Assembly (NCBI GenBank): GCA_963705885.1
Contig: OY970120.1
Coordinates: 3,563,876 to 3,627,875, forward strand
Origin: an uncultured Actinomycetota bacterium
Lineage (GTDB): Bacteria > Actinomycetota > Actinomycetes > JACCUZ01
Direction: 5' to 3'
Length of the DNA stretch: 64,000 bases
A model generated the notes under the pieces. The model was not told where the DNA came from, did not search any database, and was given only the letters and a program-made list of their open reading frames with translations. Below, piece after piece: positions 55,534 through 64,000 of this stretch (the stretch's first letter is position 1; every line of letters begins with the position of its first letter). The position numbers and the translations under genes are program-made.

Positions 55534-56532
55534 ATGGACGTGACGCGGGACGGGCCGGCGGGACCCGGGGGCGACGACGTGCGGGAGGACGCCCTCGACG
55601 CCTACTCCCGGGTCGTCACCGCGGTGGCCGCGGTGCTGACCCCGCACGTGGCGGCGGTCTCCGTGCGCGGCGCCGACCACCGGGGCCGCCCCCGGCAGGG
55701 CGCCGGGTCGGCGGTCGTGTTCACCGACGACGGCTTCCTGCTCACGAACGCGCACGTCGTCGCCGGGGCGCGGCGCGGGGAAGCGGAGTTCGCCGACGGC
55801 ACCGAGGCCGAGTTCGACGTCGTCGGCGCGGACCCGCTGTCGGACCTGGCCGTCCTGCGGGGCCGGGCCGCCGTCCCTCCGCCCGCCACGCTGGGCGACG
55901 CGGACTCGCTGCGCGTCGGCCAGCTGGTGGTCGCGGTCGGCAACCCGCTGGGACTCAGTGGCTCGGTGACCGCCGGCGTCGTGAGCGGGCTCGGGAGGTC
56001 GCTGCCGACGAGCACGGGTCGCGCCGGGCGGGTCGTCGAGGACGTCATCCAGACCGACGCCGCCCTCAACCCCGGCAGCTCGGGAGGCGCTCTCGGCGAC
56101 GCCACCGGGCTGGTCGTCGGCATCAACACCGCCGTCGCCGGCATCGGGCTCGGCCTCGCGGTCCCGGTGAACGGCACGACCCGGCGCATCATCGCCGCCC
56201 TGCTGTCCGACGGCCGGGTCCGGCGCGCGTACCTCGGCCTGGTCTCGACGCCCGTCCGGCTGCCCCAGCAGCTGGCGCAGAGGTTCGGCACGCGCCGGGC
56301 GCTGCGCGTCGTCGAGGTCGTCGCGGGGTCACCGGCGGAGCGGGCCGGCCTGCGCTCGGGCGACGTGGTCGTCTCGGCGGGGCGGGCGCCGGTGACCGAC
56401 GCGCAGAGCCTGCAACGGCTGCTCTTCGACGACGCGATCGGCGTCGCGCTGCCGGTCAGCGTCCTGCGGTCGGGCGCGATGGTCGACGTCATCGCGACAC
56501 CGACCGAGCTGACGGGCCCCGGCACCCGTTGA
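55534..56532 (+). CDS. S1C (HtrA/DegP-like) serine protease with PDZ domain and no signal peptide
   Basis: Triad contexts TNAHVV, SDLAVL and NPGSSGGAL. PDZ region VVEVVAGSPAERAGLRSGDVVV. The N-terminus is hydrophilic. Confidence 0.85.
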   Translation: MDVTRDGPAGPGGDDVREDALDAYSRVVTAVAAVLTPHVAAVSVRGADHRGRPRQGAGSAVVFTDDGFLLTNAHVVAGARRGEAEFADGTEAEFDVVGADPLSDLAVLRGRAAVPPPATLGDADSLRVGQLVVAVGNPLGLSGSVTAGVVSGLGRSLPTSTGRAGRVVEDVIQTDAALNPGSSGGALGDATGLVVGINTAVAGIGLGLAVPVNGTTRRIIAALLSDGRVRRAYLGLVSTPVRLPQQLAQRFGTRRALRVVEVVAGSPAERAGLRSGDVVVSAGRAPVTDAQSLQRLLFDDAIGVALPVSVLRSGAMVDVIATPTELTGPGTR

Positions 56533-56602
56533 CCACCCGCGCCCGGCTCCCTACGTTGCGACCAGACGGCGCCGACCCGCGGGGCCGCGGGAGGGGGTCC
56601 TC

Positions 56603-57424
56603 ATGGCCGCGCGCACGAAGAGGTCCGGGGCGTCGGCGAAGGCGCTGGCCGGTCGCATCCTGAACTGCATCCCGTCGCCGAAGACGGAGAACGACTGGCA
56701 GTTGCACAACGCCGAGGACGCGGGGCTGCTCGCCGCGGGAGCGCGGGCGATCCCCGCCTCGAAGGACCTCCGAGACGACACCTGGTGGAAGGTCAACGAC
56801 CAGGGCTCCACCGGCTCGTGCGTCGGCTGGGCGACCGCCGACTCGGTGCTGCGGTGGCACCTCGTGCAGGCCGGACGCATCGGGCGCAAGGACCTGCTCT
56901 CGCCGCGTTTCCAGTGGATGGCCGCGAAGGAGACCGACCAGTTCACCGCGCAGCCGACGACGTTCATCGAGTCCGACGGCACGTCGCTGAAGGCGGCCCT
57001 GGACGTGAGCCGCAAGTGGGGCGCGGTGCGCGACTCCGTGCTCCCGTTCCGCTCCGGCTCGCTGTACGTCGGCGAGGTGGCCACCTTCTACGCCGTCGCG
57101 ACCCAGCTGAAGGTCGCGGCGTACTTCAACCTCGGCTCCGACCTCACCGGCTGGCGGACCTGGCTGTCCGGCTCCGGGCCGATCCTCACCCGCCTCGACG
57201 TCGACGCGACCTGGGACGCGGCGACGGCCAACAAGGGCACGCTGCGGACGTACCGCCCGTCCACGGCTCGCGGCGGGCACGCGGTCGCGCTCGTCGGGTA
57301 CACCACGACCGGGTTCATCGTGCGCAACAGCTGGGGGACGGGCTGGGGCGACCAGGGCTACGCCTACGCCAGCAACGCCTACGCGCGCAAGGCCTTCACC
57401 GAGGCCTACGGGGTCGCGCTCTGA
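56603..57424 (+). CDS. Papain-like C1 family cysteine peptidase with no signal peptide
   Basis: Nucleophile context QGSTGSCVGWA, His context GGHAVALVGY, Asn/Trp context VRNSWGTGWGDQGY. The N-terminus is hydrophilic. Confidence 0.85.
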   Translation: MAARTKRSGASAKALAGRILNCIPSPKTENDWQLHNAEDAGLLAAGARAIPASKDLRDDTWWKVNDQGSTGSCVGWATADSVLRWHLVQAGRIGRKDLLSPRFQWMAAKETDQFTAQPTTFIESDGTSLKAALDVSRKWGAVRDSVLPFRSGSLYVGEVATFYAVATQLKVAAYFNLGSDLTGWRTWLSGSGPILTRLDVDATWDAATANKGTLRTYRPSTARGGHAVALVGYTTTGFIVRNSWGTGWGDQGYAYASNAYARKAFTEAYGVAL

Positions 57425-57881
57425 CCGGCCGCGACCTGCTGCTCGGGTGCGGGCTCGGAGGTGCCGCTGCGACTCCCGCAGGTGCTGATGACAGGAAGTT
57501 GGCTGCGGCCAGACGGATCCGGGAGCCTCCCCCTCGGAGCCGTCGGATCACGGAGCTCGGAGGTGCGTCTATCCGCCCAGATAGGGCTGCGCCAGCGGCA
57601 ACGATCTCATCCCGGATGACGCCCCAGTCCCGGGAAGTGAAATCGGGCGGGTCAAGCGGCACACCCTCCGTTGCTCTGGCTCGGACCTTGCCCTCCGCTC
57701 ACTAGGCTCGCCGCAGGGGGTTCGACAAGTGGGGATCCGAGGCGCCAGGCCATGTGTGCTCGGAGAAACCGGTGCCCAGCGAGGTTGTCATCCGGGAAGC
57801 GGCAGGTGGGTGGTCGCGGTCGAGGGTCGTTCACGTCACCTCCGCGTGGCGGCACCCCGACGCACTACCAGTAGGAGTGGC

Positions 57882-58553
57882 TCAGGGGTGCCCTCGGGCG
57901 TCGACTCGGCCGCTCTCGTAGGCCCAGATCACGATCTCGACGCGGTTGCGCGCCGAGAGCTTGGTCATGAGTGCGCTGATGTGGGATTTGACGGTGCTGA
58001 GCGAGAGGTAGAGCTCCTCGGCGATCTCGGTGTTGGTCCGGCCGGCCGCGACCAGATCGAGCACAGCCTCCTCCCGGGGAGTCAACGGCTCGACGGGCTT
58101 CGCCACCGCATCGCCTCGGGACGAGGCGAAGGTCGCCAGGAGCCGAGCCGTGACGGCTGGCGCGATCAGGGCCTCGCCCGTCGCGGCGGATCGAACGGCG
58201 CGGGCCAGGAGGTCAGGGTCGGCGTCCTTGAGGAGAAAACCGCGGGCGCCGGCCCGCAGCGCGTCGTAGACGTACTCGTCTTGGTCGAAGGTCGTGATCA
58301 CGATGACGGGAACCGGGTCTTCGACTTGCGGCCCGGCGACCTGTCGGGTGGCCTCGATCCCGTCGAGGTTCGGCATCCGAATGTCGAAGAGGCAGACGTC
58401 AGGACGCAGCGACCGCACTTGCTGGACAGCCTCGAGTCCGTCGCGCGCCTGTCCGACCACGTCGATCGTCGGTTCGGCGTCGAGGATCGTGGCAAGGCCT
58501 ACGCGAACCATGTCCTGGTCGTCTGCGATCAGGACCCGCACCGGCGCCGTCAC
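57882..58553 (-). CDS. NarL/LuxR-type response regulator
   Basis: VLIADDQDMVR ... DVCLFDIRMP receiver domain. HTH output LTPREEAVLDLVAAGRTNTEIAEELYLSLSTVKSHI. Confidence 0.9.
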   Translation of the reverse strand: MTAPVRVLIADDQDMVRVGLATILDAEPTIDVVGQARDGLEAVQQVRSLRPDVCLFDIRMPNLDGIEATRQVAGPQVEDPVPVIVITTFDQDEYVYDALRAGARGFLLKDADPDLLARAVRSAATGEALIAPAVTARLLATFASSRGDAVAKPVEPLTPREEAVLDLVAAGRTNTEIAEELYLSLSTVKSHISALMTKLSARNRVEIVIWAYESGRVDARGHP

Positions 58554-59728
58554 GAGCCGACCTCGGCGTCCACCGTGGCGACCGGGACCGTTGCCTCGAC
58601 AGTCCAGCCGCCCTCGGGATCGGGACCGGCGCGAACGTCGCCGCCCAGCAACGCCAGACGTTCTCGCATGCCGACCAGGCCATAGGACGGGCTCGCTCGT
58701 CGCGTGCGCCCCGAGGTCGCCGGTCGCCCGTCGTCGTGCACCCGCAGCCGCACAGTGGGCCCATCCCTGTTGAGGTCGACTGACACCACCGTGGGGTCCT
58801 GGGCGTGACGCCCCGCATTGGTCACCGCCTCCTGGGCGGCTCGGAACAACGCCGACTCCACCGGTGCCGGCAGCCGGTCGAGGTCACCAGAGGTCTGGAC
58901 GACGACCCGAGGGCCGGGGTCCTGGTCGCGGGCGAGCCGCGGTATGTCGGCTACGCCGTAGGTAGGACTTCGGCCCCCGTTGCCGGTCTGCTCGTCGTGG
59001 CGCAGCAGGGCCACCATCGCGCGCATGTCTTCCAGGGTGCGTGCGGCGGCTTCCTCCACCCCGTCGATCGCCTCGGCGGCGGCGCCGGGGTCGACGCGGG
59101 CACGAACCTTGGCGGCCCGGGCGTGCATCAGGATGCCGGAGACGTGGTGGGCGACGGTGTCGTGAAGGTCGCGGGCCAGCTGTTCACGCTCGCGGGCCCG
59201 GATCTCGTCGCGGGTTCGCACCTGGGACCTGGCCCAGAACCGCATCAGCGCGCCGATAGCGACCGGCAGCATCAGCGCCCCGACGCCGAGCGCCATCGAG
59301 GAGCCGCTGGAGTCGTACAGGGGCTCACGCGTCAGGTGGAGCACCAGCAGGTAGCAGCTGCCGATGACCACCCCGCGCCCGCTGGCCCAGCGGCCCAATG
59401 AGTAGGCCAGCAGCAGGACGACAGCGGTGACATCGAGGACGCTGTGAGGCTCCCCGGCGAGCGCGGGGACGACGCCGGCGGCGGTCTGTGCGCCGTAGGC
59501 CACGACGAGCATCGCGAGAGGGTGTTGGGGTCGCCACAGGAGCGTGGCCACACAGACCAGTGACCAACCCGCGTGCCAGAGCGGCCACACCATGTCCTCG
59601 CGAAGCCCAACCTCGAGCACGGTGACCGGGATCAATCCCGCGACCAGGGCGCGGTCCCACCAGGCTGACCCCGCGGGAGCGATCGCCCGCGGTTCGTCCC
59701 AGAGCGCGCGCAGCGCACCTCCGCCCAT
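58550..59728 (-). CDS. Sensor histidine kinase (HisKA_3 / NarX-DesK class)
   Basis: Membrane N-terminus, H-box LARDLHDTVAHHVSGI, and an ATPase region QEAVTNAGRHA ... GYGLVGMRER. Confidence 0.85.
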   Translation of the reverse strand: MGGGALRALWDEPRAIAPAGSAWWDRALVAGLIPVTVLEVGLREDMVWPLWHAGWSLVCVATLLWRPQHPLAMLVVAYGAQTAAGVVPALAGEPHSVLDVTAVVLLLAYSLGRWASGRGVVIGSCYLLVLHLTREPLYDSSGSSMALGVGALMLPVAIGALMRFWARSQVRTRDEIRAREREQLARDLHDTVAHHVSGILMHARAAKVRARVDPGAAAEAIDGVEEAAARTLEDMRAMVALLRHDEQTGNGGRSPTYGVADIPRLARDQDPGPRVVVQTSGDLDRLPAPVESALFRAAQEAVTNAGRHAQDPTVVSVDLNRDGPTVRLRVHDDGRPATSGRTRRASPSYGLVGMRERLALLGGDVRAGPDPEGGWTVEATVPVATVDAEVGS

Positions 59729-59858
59729 TACCTCACCCTAAGCCGCCGACGCCAGTGACCGGATCGAACTTTCGGTCCGCTTGGTCCGGCCTCAGGGACG
59801 AGACGGCTGCGGCCCTGGCTCCGATGTGGCGGTGCGCCAGTTCGCCGAGGATCGATGC

Positions 59859-60599
59859 ATGAGACGACACACCGCTACCTCCGCACTCGACACCGCCGCC
59901 ACGGCCGGACAGGCTCCGGTCCCTCCTCCCACCTCCTCACCCCGAACGTCGCCCGCCCTGATCCGCGCCGGCGGCACCGCCGCGCAGGTCGTTGCCGGCA
60001 CCTACGTCGTGGGCTTCCTCGTCATGGTCGCCTACCTCCTCCCTCGCGGATACGCCTCGCCCGTCGAGGACCCCGCCGGCTCACTCAGCTTCCTCCGGGA
60101 CCACCACGCCGAGCTGGCCGGCTGGTACTTCGTCCTCTACCTCCTCGGTGGGGTCGCGATGGCGCTGGTCTCGCTCGGAGCCGGTCAACGACTGGCCGCG
60201 GCTCCGGCGCTCAGCCGATTCTCCACGGTTCTCGGACTGATCTGGTCTGGAATGCTCGTCGCCAGCGGGAGCATCGCCCTCGTCGGGCAGCAGGCTGCTG
60301 TGACCCTCTACGCCGAGAACCCGGACCTCGCTCTGAACACCTGGGTGTCAACCAGCGTGGTTCAGAACGCACTCGGCGGTGGCATCGAGGTCATCGGCGC
60401 CCTCTGGGCGGCCGTGGTCGGACTCGCCGCCCTGCGGACCCGTGCTCTCTCGGCCAGCTTGGGTGGGCTCGCGCTCGGCCTCGGGGCTGTCGGAATGGCG
60501 ACGGTCATCCCGGTCGCGTCCGAGGTCGCGACGTCGGTCTTCGGGCTCGGACTCATCGTCTGGTTCACCTGGCTCGGTATCGCACTGCGCCGACGCTGA
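59859..60599 (+). CDS. Multi-pass membrane protein (DUF4386-like; family assignment tentative)
   Basis: From MRRHTATS, with at least 5 hydrophobic segments. Divergent from the two-component-system operon. Confidence 0.6.
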   Translation: MRRHTATSALDTAATAGQAPVPPPTSSPRTSPALIRAGGTAAQVVAGTYVVGFLVMVAYLLPRGYASPVEDPAGSLSFLRDHHAELAGWYFVLYLLGGVAMALVSLGAGQRLAAAPALSRFSTVLGLIWSGMLVASGSIALVGQQAAVTLYAENPDLALNTWVSTSVVQNALGGGIEVIGALWAAVVGLAALRTRALSASLGGLALGLGAVGMATVIPVASEVATSVFGLGLIVWFTWLGIALRRR

Positions 60600-60626
60600 G
60601 AGCTCAGCCGACACACCGGCGGCCAC

Positions 60627-60660
60627 GGCAGGTCCGCCGCCCATGCGTGGCGGACCTGCC
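60627..60660 (+). terminator. Perfect 12-bp stem hairpin after the 59859-60599 gene
   Basis: GGCAGGTCCGCC (60627-60638), a 10-nt loop, then GGCGGACCTGCC (60649-60660). Confidence 0.65.
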
Positions 60661-60689
60661 GCGGGCTCCTGTCAGCTCGCAACCACACG

Positions 60690-61174
60690 AATTCCGGAGG
60701 CACCAGTGACGCTGTGCTCGAGGAGCACACCGGCCAGTTCCTCCGCAACCTCTACAGGAAGAACCAGCCCGCGGCCGAAGGCCGGGGAACGCGATGATCA
60801 ACCTCGCCTTGGCCAACAGGCCACTCGGCGACCCCGTCATGAGTGACAGTGAACTGGTTGTGTTCGTGTCGGCGTTCGAGTCCTCGGGATTCGCCAGCAG
60901 CATCAACTGGTATCGGAACGTCGACCGCAACTGGCACTTGCTCGCCGACGCCGATCCGGTCATCGAACAACCTGCTCTGATGATCTACGGCGCCCGTGAT
61001 CCGGTGGCCAAGAACGAGCGAATCACGGAGTTCGTGCCCAACGTGCACGAGGTTGAGCTCGACTGCGGTCACTGGATCATGGACGAGATGCCCGACGAGA
61101 CGACCCAAGCGATGCTGGCATGGCTCGAACGAGAGGATGCGCGCGGCACCGGCAATGGGGGGACTCGACCATGA
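60690..61174 (+). pseudogene. C-terminal fragment of an alpha/beta (epoxide-hydrolase-like) hydrolase, N-terminally truncated and frameshifted
   Basis: One frame reads ...DAVLEEHTGQFLRNLYRKNQPAAEG and stops at 60795-60797. Another frame continues from 60794 as MINLALANRPLGDPVMSDSELVVFVSAFESSGFASSINWYRNVDRNWHLL ... ALMIYGARDPV ... CGHWIMDEMPDE. The nucleophile-containing N-terminal half is absent. Confidence 0.65.
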
Positions 61175-61878
61175 AGACCCAAGGCAGCGCCCGTCCTGAC
61201 AACCTCAAGCCCACCGAGGCCGTCGACCACAGCGCCACAGTGGGCCGAACGTCGCCGGTGAGTCGCTGGGAGGGCCGCACGTTCGGCGCCCTGGTGCTCG
61301 CCGCCTTCCTGCTCTACGGAATCGGTAGCGCACTGGCTGACCAGCCCGCCGGCCTCGCCCTCGTGATGCTCAACTCAGTAGCGGTCACCGTCGTCGGGCT
61401 GATCGGCTTCAGGCTGCTCCGCCAACGGCACCAGCGAATCGGGATCAGCTACCTGGTGGCCCGTATCCTTGAGGCCATCCTTCTGGCCGGTGGCATCGGT
61501 CTCGTCGCGTTCAACGGCTCGGACAATGCCGACACCGTCGGGTACCTCTTGGCGATGGTCGCACTCGGGCTGGGCAGTGTGCCGTTCTGTCAGGCACTGG
61601 GGCGCGAGCGATGGCTCCCGTGGTGGCTGGCCGGTTGGGGCATCGTCGGCTACTCGGCCCTTACGGCCGGGGCCCTGCTCGAACTCGCGACCGGTCACGA
61701 CGTGGCCGTGTACTTTGCGGCGCCGAGCGGCCTCTTCGAGCTCGTCCTCGGCCTGTACCTCCTCGGCCAAGGCTTCACCGAACGGGGACCGCGACCTTCG
61801 CCTGCGACAGGCGATCTGAGCAACGACAAGCACAACGAGGACCGCCGAGACCGTAAAGGGATCCTCAGTCGGCACTGA
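61171..61878 (+). CDS. Multi-pass membrane protein (DUF4386-like; tentative)
   Basis: The ATG overlaps the fragment's TGA. Contains FGALVLAAFLLYGIGSAL and LEAILLAGGIGLVAF, with about 5-6 TM segments. Confidence 0.65.
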   Translation: MKTQGSARPDNLKPTEAVDHSATVGRTSPVSRWEGRTFGALVLAAFLLYGIGSALADQPAGLALVMLNSVAVTVVGLIGFRLLRQRHQRIGISYLVARILEAILLAGGIGLVAFNGSDNADTVGYLLAMVALGLGSVPFCQALGRERWLPWWLAGWGIVGYSALTAGALLELATGHDVAVYFAAPSGLFELVLGLYLLGQGFTERGPRPSPATGDLSNDKHNEDRRDRKGILSRH

Positions 61879-61918
61879 CCAACCCGCGTCACTTCGGCGC
61901 GAGCGGCCCTTCCAGCCA

Positions 61919-62422
61919 GTGCCGTCGCCACCAAGACAGACTGTGAGAATGGTCGAGACGGTAACCGGGAGTCCGGGGGGCGACGGAGTCACCGCCGCGG
62001 CACACCTGCTGCACGACTTCAACGAGGAGTACGACGAGCCAGCACCTCCGCCCCACGAGCTGGCGGCCCGACTGGCCGAACTGATCAGGGGCGACCACGT
62101 CATGATCCTGCTCGCCCGCGAGCATGAGAACGGCGCGGCTGTCGGGGTCGCGGTGATGCGGGTTCAGCCGTCGGTGTGGAGCCCGGCACAGGAGGCCTAC
62201 CTGGCCGAGCTGTACGTCGTACCCAGCCGGCGGGGCCAGGGGTACGGTCGGGAACTGATCACCGAGGCCATGCGAGTTGCGCGCGAGCGGGGTGCCGACT
62301 ACGCGTTCGTGGTCACGAGCGAGGAGGATCGGCTTGCCAAACGCCTCTATGAGGCGGCCGGGTTCCGCCGGACCGAAGGCGAAGGCGGTCCGGCCATGCT
62401 TGCGTACGAGCGCGAGTTGTAG
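61919..62422 (+). CDS. GNAT family N-acetyltransferase
   Basis: YLAELYVVPSRRGQGYGRELITEAMRVARERGADYAFVVTSEEDRLAKRLYEAAGF. An alternative start lies at 61949. Confidence 0.8.
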   Translation: MPSPPRQTVRMVETVTGSPGGDGVTAAAHLLHDFNEEYDEPAPPPHELAARLAELIRGDHVMILLAREHENGAAVGVAVMRVQPSVWSPAQEAYLAELYVVPSRRGQGYGRELITEAMRVARERGADYAFVVTSEEDRLAKRLYEAAGFRRTEGEGGPAMLAYEREL

Positions 62423-62532
62423 TCCTTCGACTGCCGCGTCTTTCCGCCGCAAGTTGGATGGGCGCTACATATCTGCCAGCTGGACTGCGCCGTTCGTGTC
62501 ACGGCATGACGGTCAACGGAATCTAGCGACAT

Positions 62533-62982
62533 TCAGCGGATCAGCAGATAGGCCTTGCAGCCCAGACATAGCCCGGTGGATGCGTTGAGGACTGCGGCAC
62601 CGAGGGCGACACCGGTGAGGCCGTAGCCGGCGACATCGACGCCGAGTGCAAAGTTGGCCAGTGCCAAAGCGGTGAGAACGAAGCCGACGAGTTGGCCGAA
62701 TCTCGGCGGCCGAGCATCTTCCAACTCGGCTGGTGCTCCGATCCGCGGCCAGATGAAACGGGCGAAGATCTGCGCCCACAACGACCACTGAAAACTCACG
62801 AACGCGGTGAACGCAAACACGGCGACCTGGGAGGCAAGCAGGCCGAGACCCAACGGTCGAGCAACGTCAACGACGAGCAGCACAACCGCGAGCACGCTGG
62901 CAGTGGCCCCGGCGCTGAATCGCAGAAGGCGCGGATCGACCTGGCCGCGGAGCGGGCAGGCGTAGAAGCTGGTGCTGGGCAT
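62533..62982 (-). CDS. DUF4395-like membrane protein
   Basis: CPLRGQVDPRLLRFSAG ..., four TM segments, and a C-terminal GLCLGCKAYLL. Confidence 0.7.
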   Translation of the reverse strand: MPSTSFYACPLRGQVDPRLLRFSAGATASVLAVVLLVVDVARPLGLGLLASQVAVFAFTAFVSFQWSLWAQIFARFIWPRIGAPAELEDARPPRFGQLVGFVLTALALANFALGVDVAGYGLTGVALGAAVLNASTGLCLGCKAYLLIR

Positions 62983-63386
62983 GTGTATCTCCGGAGCCGG
63001 ATCACTTGAGTCCGATCCAAATCAGGGTAATCACACCCACATCTCTTCTGACGAGAGTTGGAACCCTGCCTGCGCGTCGAGAGGCGCGACCCTACGGATC
63101 ACTTTCGAGCGCGCCGCTTCATGACACAAGCGAGCGCGAGTCTTTCCGCCGCGTTCGACCGCCCCGAAGCGCGTCTCGTGGGTGGTCGCGCGCCGGGATA
63201 CCGATCAGATCGAGCCGGTGGCGAGCGCCCGCGCCACGGGGGCCTCAGCGGATGCGGGTAGCGCTGCACGCCGTTCGGCAGGTCTGCGTCTGCCCGCTCA
63301 GGATGGCATCGAGCCCGAGCAGCGTGATCGCCGCGAACGGATCGAACAACTGGCCACGAGCGCGAGGCAGGAGCGACGATGCGGGT

Positions 63387-63995
63387 TCATGAGCGTGCCT
63401 CCCAGATGACGACGGCATACCGCACGTTGCGTGGGTCGTTCTTCACGACCTCGATCGTGACCTCCCGGGCATCGCCGGGCGCCAGGACGACCTGTTGCTC
63501 GCCGAAGTAGAAGTCGTGCTCCTGATGCGGGACGCGCTGACCGTCAACCCGCAACTCCACCTGGGCGATGCATCGGCGGTCGAACTTCTCGACGTTGGCC
63601 TTCTCCTCCTGTGCATTGGAAGGAGGTTCCTTCAAGTTGAGCTGATCAGCACAGGTCTCGAGCGCCGCGGTCTCCGAACGGACAACGGCCAAGATGATGG
63701 GGCGGTCCGACGCCGGAAGCTGGACGACGAGGCGTGAGGCGCCCGCGGCTGCTTGGACGGCCCGGTCCACGAGGTACTCGACGCCGTCGGCCATCGTTAG
63801 CGCTTGGGACTGGATGCTGCCGCCGAGGCCTCTCAGCACGACCGGGGCGGCCTTGTGCTCGTAGACCCCGAAGCCGAAGGTCGCGTCGGTGTCCTTCAAC
63901 GGCGCCAACGCGTGAGCTGAGAGGCAGGCTTCGGTGTCCAGGGTGCGGCCGAGGCACTTCTGCGCGGCAGGGGAGAGCTCGCCGGTAACGAACAT
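63387..63995 (-). CDS. Hypothetical protein (5' end may lie beyond the window)
   Basis: 202-aa ORF with ordinary composition. The first Met is 5 nt from the window edge. No family recognised. Confidence 0.5.
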   Translation of the reverse strand: MFVTGELSPAAQKCLGRTLDTEACLSAHALAPLKDTDATFGFGVYEHKAAPVVLRGLGGSIQSQALTMADGVEYLVDRAVQAAAGASRLVVQLPASDRPIILAVVRSETAALETCADQLNLKEPPSNAQEEKANVEKFDRRCIAQVELRVDGQRVPHQEHDFYFGEQQVVLAPGDAREVTIEVVKNDPRNVRYAVVIWEARS

Positions 63996-64000
63996 CCGCA

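Noticed and set aside
57396-57662. An 88-aa minus-strand ORF as a real gene
   Set aside because: Only the first ~25 residues look protein-like and the rest is low-complexity. It overlaps the 3' end of the C1 peptidase gene, and its third-position GC is unremarkable. I treat it as a possible gene remnant.
57710-57730. A GGGGGTTCGACAAG stretch resembling a tRNA T-arm (GGTTCGA)
   Set aside because: The flanking bases cannot form the T-stem or an acceptor stem, and no cloverleaf can be drawn. I saw no tRNA elsewhere in the window.
62436-63160. The 13-nt exact repeat GTCTTTCCGCCGC occurring twice, near 62440 and 63145
   Set aside because: A single 13-nt match within 64 kb of compositionally biased sequence is expected by chance, and the flanks are not similar.

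Overview
The window is high-GC, gene-dense actinobacterial chromosome with about 70 coding regions. I saw no rRNA, tRNA, CRISPR array or intact mobile element. All protein-family calls come from reading the translations and recalling motifs; nothing was searched. Most long ORFs in the six-frame track are antisense or out-of-frame artefacts of the high GC content.

- **1-20 kb: conserved core neighbourhood.** It holds two tandem HD/HD-GYP membrane proteins, a Zn-alcohol dehydrogenase, a 24-codon bL37 ribosomal micro-gene missing from the ORF track, rsrA-sigH with a SigH/SigR-type autoregulatory promoter, SRAP, DoxX, aroA, an apparently frameshifted rsgA, hisN, an ArsR-MFS pair, ku, and a Na+/H+ antiporter fused to a UBP-type zinc finger.
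- **20-43 kb: redox- and envelope-oriented accessory content.**
  - A WS/DGAT-GNAT fusion coupled to glk.
  - Two DM13 membrane proteins around a pyridine-nucleotide disulfide reductase, followed by a spondin_N protein, an OmpR-type two-component system and a nitroreductase.
  - A TlpA-CcdA-AAA+ operon.
  - An ECF sigma/anti-sigma/MOSC-reductase operon, and a GH15 gene.
  - A redoxin-unknown-disulfide reductase-antiporter operon.
- **43-57 kb.** There is a decayed DUF222/HNH remnant. A very tight minus-strand gene array follows: SDR, cyclase, GMC oxidoreductase, two SMP-30 lactonases, a GlcG-GlcG-cupin fusion, a redoxin, an ECF sigma/anti-sigma pair and a repeat-containing secreted protein. 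A pair of signal-less proteases (S1C+PDZ and papain-like C1) sits just beyond its upstream end.
- **57.4 kb to the end.** The sequence looks less GC-rich by eye and holds a LuxR-type two-component system, two DUF4386-like paralogs flanking a truncated hydrolase, a GNAT, a DUF4395 protein and an unknown partial gene.

The candidates I consider most worth follow-up are:
- the DM13/spondin/disulfide-reductase cluster;
- the TlpA-CcdA-AAA+ operon;
- the long lactonase/GMC/cyclase array;
- the protease pair;
- the 780-bp leader with a 20-codon sORF upstream of the HD-GYP genes.
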